Below are positions 1-11,944 of a stretch of 64,000 bases of DNA, piece by piece (within the stretch, counting starts at the first letter, position 1; each line of letters opens with the position of its first letter). A program made the position numbers and the translations under genes. The stretch is from Nymphaea colorata (Eukaryota). The notes below the pieces were generated by a model. The model had not been told where the DNA came from and did not search any database. It was given only the letters and a program-made list of their open reading frames with translations. The stretch is from the NCBI RefSeq assembly GCF_008831285.2, contig NC_045138.2, forward strand, positions 14,632,001 to 14,696,000, in the 5' to 3' direction.

Positions 1-849
1 TTTGTTTCTGGAATTTCATTTTACTGATATATGTTTGAATAAAAATATATCAATATTTCCCAAGGTTTTTTGAAGAAAAAATCTCTTTCAATATATATAG
101 AGATTTTCCATGGCAGAGAAGAATCCGGGATTAAAATTTGTTTCTATGGACCAACTCTATTACAAAATAGGAGTCGCATAGACGGTATCGCCTGTCCAGT
201 AAGCCGTGCAGATTGAGGCCTTCTTCCTCTTAGCAAAAGCACTGGACTCACTGTAATCCCAAGGTCGAACTGCTAATGGGGCTTCCATGTTTCCGGCTCT
301 CAAGCACCGCACAGCCCTCACAGTCGAAGTCACAGATTCTGATTGAACACCATTTCCTGGGTCTCTACTAACCTTACCGCCTTAGGTAGATTCAGATGAA
401 GAAGATTCATTCTCAAGAACCCTATACTAGCATACCATATTGAAAATACCACCTTGAATTCGAGGGTTCAAACTTCAAACTAGAATCCCGAGAAAGACAA
501 CTTTAAAGAAGTCAAAATTTTTGAGAAAGATAAGTTGGACGGAGAAAGAAAAATGCAATACCACGGAAACGGAGATAACAACAACCTTATACAAGGAACA
601 CATTCACTGATGCTATCGTATCAAAGAAACACCTGAAGGGTTAATCAATCAACCATCAATAGTGGTAAGTGTTTAACAAATTCTGTTGGTGGTCGTGAAG
701 AAAATTGAAAAGAAAGACAACCCAGTTGGATATTTCTCTTTCAAGAGGAACAGGTCCAGAAATTCGAGAAACGAACGAACAAAAATGAGAGAAGGAGGGA
801 GGGAGAGAGAGAGAGAGAGAGAGAGAAAAAAGGAGAAAGAAAAACTGAC

Positions 850-912
850 CATGTGTGAGGGCTTCAGCTTGGAGGCCAAGGCAGACGCCACTTGTTCCTT
901 TGTAATGCCCAT
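850..912 (-). CDS. BOLA2: BolA-like protein (BolA2 type), coding exon 1 only; remaining exons probably lie left of the window
   Basis: ATG at 912 gives MGITKEQVASALASKLKPSHM (21 aa), matching the plant BolA2 N-terminus (MGVTKEQVE..L.SKL.P.HL). A GTCAGT donor follows at 849 and a TATA-like motif lies about 60 nt upstream. I did not find the expected next exon (EV.D.SGGCG) in 1-849. Confidence 0.8.
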
Positions 913-973
913 ATCTTCTTCTCTTTCTCTCCCTCTCTCGCTCGCTGGTGGAAGTCGTACCAGAAATCGGCGG

Positions 974-982
974 TATATATAA
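974..982 (-). promoter_or_regulatory. Putative TATA box of the BolA2-like gene
   Basis: TTATATATA on the minus strand, about 62-70 nt upstream of the ATG, ahead of a GA-rich leader. Confidence 0.45.
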
Positions 983-2954
983 TGGCTGCTGCGAGTGCCT
1001 TTGAAATGCAAACGGGTCGAGCGTTGACTGGAGAGATCCGGCTGACATCCATCGTTGGAGGAAGGAAAGGCATCTTTGTTTTAATCCGTCGTGAGGCCAT
1101 TTCATTCCAAGTCTGGATCCTGAACTTCAGCAAAAGGTTCAAGTTAGAGCCGACGCAAAAGTAAATTAGCCTATGGATCAATTGGGTTTGATTTGGACTA
1201 GGACTTGGAGTCATAATTTGATTGGATCAGTTTAGATTAAATGCTGTAGTCTGTTTACGCCTCTAATAAATAAATCAATTTTAAAGTCATGCTGAGATTT
1301 GGATTCGATTATGCTTGCAAGTCAGAATCACGTCCCATTAGTAGAAGACCAGCCTTTTCTCTTGCTTGAACCTTGGAAATTGATATGATACATAAACATA
1401 ATAAATTTTAAGTCCCTGTTAAATAACTAAGAGAAAGAGGAGAGGGAAGAAGAGGGGGGACAAGTCCACTTGGCCTCATAATGACATCCTTAATATCAAG
1501 ATCATCACTACTCCTCAATACCATCTGATAACACCCTCTAGAAGGGCAGCAGCAAGGAAATGCATGGTAAACACTAACCTTTCAGATTTGGACTGGGTGC
1601 CGCTACCCATTTTGTGAAACTCGACTTGGATTTGAACATCTTTCAGACTCAAATATTTGCCAGACTTGCAGCAGGAGTCCTTGAGGCTCTCAGATTCGTT
1701 TTCCCGTATAAACTTAATTAAGTAAAAGCCTGTTTCGGGTCCGTGATTGGTCTAATCTAATTCATTTACATCTCAAACTTAATTCAATTTAATTTTCTAT
1801 GTATTCAGCTGATCGCGTATAACTAAAGAATCTACTTTTGAAGACCTTTCCACAAAATTCTGCTGCAAATTCTTACCCATCAGTACCTTCACCAGATGCC
1901 ACAAAAGGAATAAAGCACTCCAGAAAGTGAGAACCTCAAAATCAACCCTGTTGTATGTTACTGTTTGATTTCCTGAATAACCTTCAAATTCATGTAAAGG
2001 TTATGTCCATCTTACTAAAATGCAATCCAATACTCGGTGAAGAAGTCCGCGACTTCCTCCACCACTCTAGTTTTTTTACACATGAAATCGAGTGAAAAAA
2101 AAATTAACGAAGAAGAGGTCCAACTTTCCTCATTCAACTGTAATGAGTTCAAACTCTTAGAGTCCTCGAAAAGCTTTCCAATCTCCTGAAGGCTAATAAG
2201 TTAAGCCGACATGGTTCGTAATATTTCATCAATGCAGTAAAAGACAATGTAAAGCATCTGCCAACGCTGACAACAAACGTAATAAAAGGGCGGTGGAAAA
2301 TACTTAAAAAGCAAATCATTCCCCAACTTCTTTTTTCAACATGTCGATAGGATTTTATAAATGTCTATCTCAGGATGGGACGCCACGACAAAAGAATTTG
2401 ATTCAATTGTTTATTCGATTTCTGACCATATGATACATACCATCTGAGTTATTTTGCAAAAGCACCTACAAATATAAGATTTCAGAAGGTCACGGCGTGT
2501 TCTTTAAGATCTGATGACAGTGTCTCTGTGTTCACTGAGGATGAAACAGGCCAGCGAGCACACTCCCCATTCTTCTTGGTCACTAAGAGAAGCCCATAAC
2601 TCGAGCACTTTTAAAAATCATGACTGCTGGAAACATCTTTCTCATGTTTCATTCCACATTCCAAACTATATTCAACCACAAGAAACAAAAGCAGAACTAT
2701 AGGGAACACAGACTTAAACTGGAAACGTCATTAAGTACAGTAGGTTCAGTTTCCTGCCAAGAAATTCACAAGAACCACATATGTAGAGAGCAAGCATCAT
2801 TAATAGAAGCTGAGACACATAAAAGTTCTCCCATCTTCTGATGACACGACAGAATTCTAAAGCTGTTAATATTTGACATCAAAACTACACTGCAATAATA
2901 TCACCAAAGGTGTATGCGCGTTCAACATATCTTCTGCAAAGCAACTTCAAAGAC

Positions 2955-5900
2955 TCATGTCGTCCTGAGTGGTGGAGAAACTAAGATAACACCATCCCCT
3001 CTAACAAAGAGAAATGGAACAACCCGCCTAGTAGTCTGAAAGATATTCAATAACCAAAATTAGGTAAAATGCAAACATAACTTAAACTCAAAACCTTACA
3101 AAAATAATACAAATAAGTGCAATGTTTATTGGTTCTGCAATAAAACTGTCCCTAGGTTTAACAAGTTTTTCACATATAACTCAGAGGTTATTGTTCCATT
3201 ATTTCAGTTTAAATCTAAAACTCTCCATTCCATTTGGTTTGGACGTGCATCAAGCATGACATGCTCACATTCTCTGGGTTGGGGGGGCAGCTTGACGCCT
3301 TGAATGCAGTGTATGCTGCCCCCATATGTATATACACACATACACACACAGGGAGAGAGATTAAATTGTTTACATCTGTCAACGAAATGACTAGGAACAA
3401 CACTTGCAATGATTTCAGTCCATGAGTGAAGTCATTTTTGCTGAAAGTTTGAGGAATACACAATTGGTGGAGATAAAATATGAGCAATACACAACTTCTG
3501 GAGATAAAGAACGATATCTATCTATGTAGAATTTAGAGTTGCATAATATAATAATCTCAAATACATTTATGAGCACCAAGTACGTCAATAGTACAATCCA
3601 AAATGGATATTTGGCTAAGTGCCACTCATCTTGCGTTATGCTTGATTTGTGAAAATTACTTAGGTTCATGGTACGTTGACAAGCTAATGCACATGACCTT
3701 GTGTAATTTGTAGATCTCTCAATGGGTCAGGCATTTGGTAGACCAGATTGTAGACATTAGGTTTAGCAGAAAAACTGAAAATTGAAAAGATTCAGACTGC
3801 AGCTGTAAGTAAAACACACCAGGGCTCAGGGCCTTCAGGCCCCTACGGTGAACACCTGACAGGGTGGAAGAACAACCCAATCAACTATCTGATCTAAATA
3901 TGCATGCACACATCAGGTAAATTTTATACAGTAATCTCTAGAGAAGAGAATTGAGCCATACTACCTCCAAGACTGGCTCTTATTTTAAGACAAGTTGGAA
4001 TTGTTTAAATAATATTACTCTTTTCTGCAGCAGCTTTAAATTACTAAACCCCATATGTCAAAATACGAACATAAGAACGACTCAGGGAATAGAAGATTTT
4101 CATTTAGTTGTATTCCATAAAACTTCGGCAATTACTTGGAGGGGCTTACAATACCTTCCAATGCTCGGTGGGTATTGCAGCATCGTAATTTGGGTTCCTG
4201 CTTATGACTGTATTGGCGAGGGCATCGGTGAAATTTATCCCCAAGGTAGTTTAGTTTGACACTCTTTGACATTCTTCAGATAGATGAGATGGTGAATAAC
4301 GTCTAAAAAAGAATAATAAACTGCTTTGTATACAACTTTTGGAAAGTAGTCTTCCTGACAACATATACAGTAGAAACCTATTTATATTCTGTTCATAACA
4401 GGTGAAATGTCAATATTCTGGCAAAGCATGTGGAATCTTAATCATATTAGCTTTTTCTTTCCTTGGAAACATGCTACATGATCAAGCTTTATCTATAGGA
4501 TATGAGACTCATGAAGCTTTTAGAATCTGATTCTTTTGTTGATCTTCTCAGACTTGCAGTACATTACGACAAGCAACACGATGCGCACTAGGTCGTCACT
4601 TTCACAGAGAAAGAAAGCATAATTGGGCAAGAAAGAATTACAAATTAGGAGAAGCAGTAAGAATTGGAAGTTTAATATAAGGAGTAATATATAGAGAAAT
4701 CTCTCAGGTATTAAACAATTTTACATTCTTTTATTCTATAAAGTTAGTATTCAACATCTTATATTGTTCCATTGATATAGGCCAGTGGCTAGTAAAGCTG
4801 TAAAAGGTTTTGGCATAGCTGGTTGGACCAGTGACTAGTAAAAGGCCAGGCCCTAAATTCCTAATTTGATTCCTGCACGAGTTAACCCCCTAGGCAAGTG
4901 GATGTAACCCTAGATCTTGGGCCTGGGGCCAAGGGGAAGGGCAAGGAGGAGCCTTGCTTCTCATTCCTCACCAGAAATAAGGGGTTTGATTATAGAATAT
5001 AGTCACTAACAGGTCGGGCCACTACAGAAGAATAAGTTAGCCTGCAGCAACAACGGTAGTATCTTGGTTGCCATCCTTTGCACAGGAGCACTTCTGTTCA
5101 GTTACTTCAGGAGGAGGAAGGAACTTGTTTCCTAAAGGAGGAAGAAATGCTTGAACAGGTAGAACTAGTTTTTTCAACTAATTTTGAATTATAGCCAGAT
5201 AGGGCTAATGTCACCACGTAATTGGTAAAAGAAGTCGAATAAATTCCAAAATCATATGTAACTTAAATGACAAATAGTCTATAGAAGAACGTCAGAGGTT
5301 AAACAAGATATGAAATTACGGCTCTAACTAATGAGATGGCAAGTTTTCCAGTTCCATGCATAGGCAAAATATTTGGTATAACCCATTTGTGGGGCATCTG
5401 ACAACAAAAGATTTGCTAATGATGCTACCATCCAAAGAGCAAGTGCAACAGCAAACCGTTTCATTCCCAAAGAATATTTTTAGCCTCATTTTTCCCCAGA
5501 AGCTCGATACATGTAAAACAGCCCAGGACTATCTTTTCTTGTTAAAGAGCACATATAATTGCAAACGAATACAAACTTGTTACAACTTACATGCAACTTT
5601 TCCAACAAAGAGAGAGAGAACTAACCAAGCGTTGAAAAATCTCTATAAAGCATGCGAATAACAGCAGAAAAACACAAGAAAACACAAAAAGAGGCTGCCA
5701 TCCTAAACACCAAGAACGAGAACTTCCATGATATATTGCTTTGGGAAAAAAAAACAACTTCCACTTACGTGAAGTTCACATACCAACAATCAAGACCACC
5801 AGATTCCCTATGCGTGAAAAAGGAAAAAATTGGAAAGGGAAGACCACAACATACCCTGACAATCTCTTCATAAGTTTCGTCATCGATTTCTACAGTAGTA

Positions 5901-6335
5901 ACGACTTCTTCGACGTCCCCAAGTATCATATTCAGATGCTGATCGTATGCCTGAGATGGGAAAAAGAATCAAGAGCTGAACATGGACTTTGCCTTTATGG
6001 AAAAACCATGAACCGAACAATTTTTGATAAAAAAAATGGAAAATTCTGGCCTTAGAACTAGTCCATATCGCCCATTTTCTGTCAAACATAAGCATGGTTA
6101 TACCAGCAAAATTTTTCTTCCAAACACTCATGTGTTCCCAAAATACATATCATGTACCAGGTTTTCAATACTCGCATAGAAACACGAAAATACCAACGCG
6201 ACAGGTCCAAATCTTTCCCAAGTTAGACTGAACACTGATAGTTTGACCGACTTCCCAAATACCCAGAAACGAAATCCCAACGGGCAGAGGGGACATTAAG
6301 AAATTAAAAAGAAAAACTTGCATCTGAGTGTGTGG

Positions 6336-6371
<36 letters not shown>

Positions 6372-6507
6372 CGTGGAGCTTGCCGCGGAGCTCTCGGTCG
6401 GAACGGAGCTTGACGTAGATGCGCTCGTCCAGGCTAAGCCTGATGAGGTCGAGAGGCTCCCTCACCGCGCTTTCCTCCTCCTCCCTCCCCGCCGCCGCTG
6501 CCGCCAT
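2955..6507 (-). CDS. LSM3: Sm-like protein LSm3 (U6 snRNP LSm2-8 / decapping LSm1-7 subunit), 3 exons, 103 aa
   Basis: Exons 6507-6373 ([45 protein letters not shown]), 5950-5855 ([32 protein letters not shown]) and 3035-2955 ([26 protein letters not shown]). All introns are GT-AG, phase 0. Sm1 and Sm2 motifs of LSm3 are present. Confidence 0.97.
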
Positions 6508-6798
6508 TTTCTCTTCTTCCCCGCCCCTCTTCTCTTCGCTCCGCAGTTGCAGCTACTCGTCTCGGCGACTGCCACCACCAGTCGCACTAGGGTGGATATC
6601 CGGCCGAACCCACTCTCGCAGAACCTTGCGCGGGTCTCCGGCCCGCACTCACGTTAACAACATCCCCGGCCCGAGAAAACGCCGCCCAGGGTGCTTCACC
6701 CGGCAGTCCAGATCGTGCCTCTAGTATCTACTTGTGTTGTGGTAAATCGTGTAGCTTTAGTTTTACATAAACCAGTTTATCTTAATTTAAGATTTTAA

Positions 6799-6959
6799 GA
6801 AAGTGTTTGATAAAAACATTGTATCCTTGAACTACGTAGTTTTGTAATATATTTCAAAACACCACATAAGCATACCGTTTTCAGAGAAAGTATTCAAAAA
6901 ATATCTTATGCTTTCGAAACAAAAGACATGACATTCTTGAAATAAGTACGAACACCCTC
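6799..6959. mobile_element. Tourist-like (PIF/Harbinger) MITE, degenerate
   Basis: TAA|GAAAGTGTTTG ... CGAACACCCTC|TAA: imperfect terminal inverted repeats, TAA on both sides, about 160 bp and AT-rich. It lies about 290 bp upstream of the LSm3 ATG. Confidence 0.5.
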
Positions 6960-7766
6960 TAAAAGTAAGTTAATCAAGTGGTTTCAATAGCACCAAATGT
7001 TAGTAAGACTTAGGGTTTGAGGGTAAGGAGGCAAAATCTTATTATCCGCAGGCTTTATTACTCGGCGCTGCATTTATGGGCATCATTTAGCATTCAATTG
7101 ACACGTGTTGATTCAACAGCTAAAATCAAAATCTGTTTAATTTAATTGTCCGACACTAGCAAAAGTTTGGTTGGCAACGCATCTGGTAAAGAGTTATAGC
7201 ATCCTTAGCAATATGAAACCCTATTCTTACCTTACTGATGGAGTGTGGAGCCTAATTCCAATTTTAATAGGCTTTTTCCCATTTTATGAGGATTCAACTT
7301 CATGATAAATTGGCGGGGCGTTATTAGAATAATGAAAAACTCAATGAGGTCGTGGATGTAGGAAGGCTTTATCTTTCTAGACTACGAAATCCTTGTATTC
7401 GTGTATTGGTATCCTTGTATTGTATTCTTGTGTGTTTGTCTCCCTGGATAGAGGCCGTTTGCATCCTCGTACATACGGTAAGAGATGATGAATGACAGTG
7501 GACATCTCCAAACTCCACATTGCTTGATGCTCAATTTTCCAGATTGGGAGGGGAGAGGAGACTAGAAATGGCTTTATTTGCTTTATGAACAGTCCTACAG
7601 TTGAGAGTCACTCTGTCACTTGACTCATCTAGTTTCCTCCCCAGCGATTTCATTACAAAAGCACACCGACACACAAAAAGAGGTTATCAGTATGGAGAGT
7701 ATTTAGTCTATTACATTAGAGAAAAGTATCTGAGCTTGGTGAACAAGGCCAAGGATACATTAAGAA

Positions 7767-10700
7767 CTAAGAAGCTTTCTTCAGTTTCTTAGCTTGCCAT
7801 ACTTCACGATCCGCCTGTATCTTGGCATTAACTTTGGAAGTGAAACCCGGGTATGGTTCATAGCCAAACAACTTGTGAAGAACCTAATGAAACAAAAACA
7901 AGGAAATCAGGCTCTCCATCAGAATAATGCATAGTCGGTCATGATTTTTGCAGTGAAAGCCAATCACCTCAAGCAGAACGAAAAAAGGAGCCATCAGGAA
8001 AGCTTGTGCAAGATTGTCCAGGAGGGCTGGGGCTCGTCTCTGAAAAATTGCAATATAAACTCAAAGGGTTGTTAGAATACCAATGTTGAAAACTACAAGC
8101 CTACGAATACTAGAAACTTAAGAAAACATAGCTGAATCAGCTGTTCAGAAAGAATGAAGCAGAAGAATGACTGTTAGTCTGTTACCTCGAACACCCCATG
8201 GCCTATAAACTGACAAGTCCAACAGAATATCTGAGATGCCAGTACCACCTGCAAAACAAAGCATAAGTTTCAAAACCTGCAAATGATTGCCAAGTAGCCA
8301 ACCATACTAATCAGCAAAAAATAAGCACTCTTTCTTAAAAACAGCTACAATCATCCAAGTTCATTAGGATCAGCCACCAGCACCAGTCTCCAATGACTAC
8401 AGTAAAAAGTTCACTGCTGCTGATGCATGTTTGTGTGTGGCCATCCACATCCAGATTGAGCACCAGAAAGATGACAATTTCATAAACATAGCACCGGTAA
8501 AATATAACATAAGCAATTTTAAGAAGGAAATAAGTGAAAGCCCATAAAGGGTGTAGACGATCTCATATAACAAATTACAGATTTAAGATACATATTATGA
8601 TTAGAAATGAAGACATAATATCAACAAGAGTTAAAGAGAACAGTATCATATCATGGGACAACTTCTGTTAGCTTCAACATTTGAGACAGAAGAATGAATT
8701 TTTAAGTGTATAAACATAGTCATTCATGGCAATAGGCATTTAATTACAAGCTGATGTTCAAGACCACCTGGGCTGTCTCATCCACAGGTTACAGCATGCC
8801 ATATGCTACTTAACCGAGGAACATGGCATTCACAAAGCTTTTATGATCCATTTATCCCATTGATAGTAAGTCAAAGTGGAGTATGGGCAATGGACTGAAG
8901 AGGGCACCAAAACATTCTTCTTCCAAAATGCGCAACAATTCTGTGAGATAAACCCAACCCTTTGGTTGATGGAACAGGCATAAGCATGGATTCTTCTAAT
9001 TCAACATAACCCCTGTGAAAGCATGCAGTGCCTGAATGTGGTTGTTCCTACCAAAGGATCGCCATAATTTCAAGATTTTTATCCATTGTGGATGTGACTG
9101 TGGACGGTCTATAAGCATAAACTGTCCTAACAATAAATAGTACTCAAATGTAAGAATCCTGAATAACTGAATTAATGAGAAATACAAGGTCCACGTAGAT
9201 GTACATATTTGCCATCCCTCATGAATGTCCTATTGTGCTCAATCTTCAAACCAAATGGAATCAGAGTCAATACCCTCCAGTTTAACTCTTCACATGGCCA
9301 GGTCTGTTAAATTCCAGTATTTACACGAACTACTCAATCTGTTGATGCAGAACAGGATGAGTGCTTGTAATATGACAAGCCTATGTCAGAAATATTATAG
9401 ACTTTATTCAGAAATGGGGCCTGATGATTTGATTTTAAATAAACTGGTCTTCATTAGGGGACCAGGATCATCTAACCACCTTTTTTCTCCTCCGAACAAG
9501 CCTACATTTCACTCAGGATTTTTCAGGATGAGATGCAAGCTCCACTAATATGTGCATTTCATCTACATACCTTCACAGGAAGCTCACATTCATTCTGAAC
9601 CCTCCCATATAATTAGTAGGTGAAAGTTTGTGGAGACCTCAAGGAAGGAAGTCAACATGCTAAATCTTTCAAGTTTACCCTATGTTGCTGCCACTGTAAA
9701 ATTCATTCAACCAGTAAATATTTGAATGTTTGCAGAATTGATGCTAGTTACTAGTGGACCATAATTTTTCTTTCTTGTGAATAAGCAACTTCACCTATTT
9801 TCATAGGGATAGTGCATCTAAGTCACGAGACGAGAGGAAGTAATATTAAGACATGCAACAACTGAACGACTTTTCAGGATAAAAAATTAAGCAGTTAAAT
9901 TACAGTGTATTGTATGACATGGAAAACTCTGTAATATACATCGCATAATAAAATGTCAAACTTTCTGATAACAGAACATAGTTACGTTCTCGAGTCCTAG
10001 ACTGATTACCACGTACCTTGGTTTTTCAATTTTCATGGTTTTTTTGACTGGGTTACCTATGAAGCCATAGGTATTAACGGCTTTAAACAAAACGTTTACA
10101 CAGAAGGAAGACACGCAACAGCACCATGGAAACATCGCAGACAAATGCATCTCAATTTGAAGCAAGGAAGATCATCGATTACAAGAGGAAAGATCAAGAC
10201 TCGCACCAACAGGGTAGATGTTGGTAAGAATTAGTCAATCCCCATAAAATTGCAGAGTCCGTCCCCCAGTAAGTTCATCTCGGAATCAAACACAAACTCT
10301 TGTATTTCAATCACAACTCCATGATTCAACTAAACTACCAACAAGAAGAATAGCGATGAAAGAAAAGCAAGAAATAAACCACCAAAGGATCAAGAAATAC
10401 CCATAATGGAGTCGATTATATCAGAATTTCAGTAGAAGGCCGATTAAACGAGTAAACGGATTTTACCAACTTCAAATTATGAAGGGAAAACCAAAATACA
10501 GAAACCCAAAACGAGCAGGTCAAAATCGAAAGAGAACATGCTCACCTTCCAAGCCAGAGAATACCCAAGCCGGTGGCCCAGAAAGCTGCTACCTACCCAA
10601 CAAAAGAAGCAAAGAAAAGCAGCCAGGAAACCAGCTTTCAAGTCCATAAGCACGTAGAAACCGGCGAAAACGAGAGCAAAGAAGAACCCAAAATTGAGGT

Positions 10701-10875
10701 ACAGGGTGTCTGGGAAGGGGATGGTGACGTTGACCATGGGCGGGGTGAAGTAGAAGAGAAGGAGAGCCGTGAAGAAGATCGGCCACACGAACAGGACATG
10801 GATGATGACGTTGATGGGGTTGCTGTGGTACGCTCCATAGAAGGCGAAGTGCTTCTCAAGATCAAACAACCCCAT
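7767..10875 (-). CDS. MPO1: Mpo1-like / DUF962 ER membrane protein (2-hydroxy fatty acid dioxygenase family; yeast YGL010w, plant MHP), 4 exons, 193 aa
   Basis: Exons 10875-10546 (MGLFDLEKHFAFYGAYHSNPINVIIHVLFVWPI...GYSLAWK), 8248-8186 (VVLASQIFCWTCQFIGHGVFE), 8039-7968 (RRAPALLDNLAQAFLMAPFFVLLE) and 7883-7767 (VLHKLFGYEPYPGF...AKKLKKAS*). GT-AG, phase 0. Family motifs YxxYHxNxxN, QFIGHGxFE and RAPALLDN are present, plus a C-terminal di-lysine-like tail. Confidence 0.95.
9000..9400 (-). mobile_element. Highly decayed reverse-transcriptase remnant (Ty3/gypsy- or caulimovirid-like) in Mpo1 intron 1
   Basis: Minus-strand frame-shifted fragments in expected order: LIPFGLK..RTFMR (about 9264-9218), MYIYVDLVFL (about 9207-9178) and IQALHAFTG (about 9037-9011). 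These resemble MPFGLKNAP.TF.R, VYVDDILIF and K.L..FLG. Confidence 0.3.
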
Positions 10876-11812
10876 ACCAATCTCCCTATATGTTCGTTCA
10901 CCTCTCTACCAGTGAAAAACAAGAGAAGAAAATGAAAAAGAATTTGAAGGGAAGGAGAGGCAACGATGAGAACCAACACTGCGGAACCGAATGATTGGAT
11001 TTACTGCAGAAAATTAACAGAAAAAGGAGCAGGAGAAACAGAGAGAGGGAACGGAAATACAGATGAGAAGCAAGAGAAGGACGATTCTCGGCAGGCAGGT
11101 GACTTCCTTTTCCCAAACTAGTAGAGCATCCGTTACGCCAGCTCGTCTCGGAAGAGTTTGACACAATCCTGATCGATAGGACCAATGTTGTTAAAAGTGC
11201 GTTGACGCGCGATGCGTTGAGCCTGTGACAGCTTCTTTCCTTTTTACTGTTCTTCCTGAAAAATTATTTGGCAAAGGGTAAGTGGATTCCCACCAGTGTG
11301 GTCCAATTCGATTGAAAAGGTAAATTGCAACAAGAAGAATCAAGGACCGCAACTCACAAGTATGTTTTAACCAACTTTATTACTAGCATCTTAAGAAATG
11401 AATAGTTATTGTGGCATTTTATATTGCTACTATGTGACTAAATCTACACTATATGAACAAACGAGTGCAGATTAAGCCAACGCCGTAGCTTACTTTGTTG
11501 AATAAAGTAAAAAAAAATATATAAGAAAATGCTCAAAGGTTCCGTGGAAGTTTAAATGTTGATTTCCTTCGTTTAATTGCTTAAATTACATTAAAAACAA
11601 GTGGTTAAAGAAAAGACATTAAAACTGTAGCGTGTTCGAAAGGGAGAATACCTTGTTGTTTACCTAAAACATAAAATTAGAATGACAGTGGGAGTGGGGA
11701 GTCACCATCTTGCGTGTTAGAAACAAGAAACTAGAGGTGATTTACAGTGAACATACCCTTTCCCACCCGCTAGCAGGAGAAGAAGGTTCAGGGGAGAAAG
11801 ATGTTCCCTCCC

Positions 11813-11944
11813 ATCAAACAGTGCCAAGGTAGACAGACTTCTGATATATTGCAGGTGAAACTGAACAGCCCTTCCTGCCTCCTATCAAACAGTAGCAAGG
11901 TAGACAGACTTCTGATGTAACTGCAGGTGAAAATGAACATTCCT
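11813..11944. repeat. Diverged tandem duplication, about 71 bp x 2
   Basis: ATCAAACAGT..CAAGGTAGACAGACTTCTGAT...TGCAGGTGAAA.TGAACA starts at 11813 and again at 11884. Confidence 0.85.

Noticed and set aside
656..1214. Five overlapping ORFs of 90-149 aa
   Set aside because: They arise from GA/TC microsatellites and the GC-richer promoter around BolA exon 1. Only 850-912 matches a protein family.
6328..6724. + strand ORFs of 101-109 aa
   Set aside because: Antisense shadows of the GC-rich LSm3 exon 1 and leader.
10573..10979. Alternative-frame and antisense ORFs over Mpo1 exon 1
   Set aside because: Shadow ORFs of a real coding exon with no recognisable motifs.
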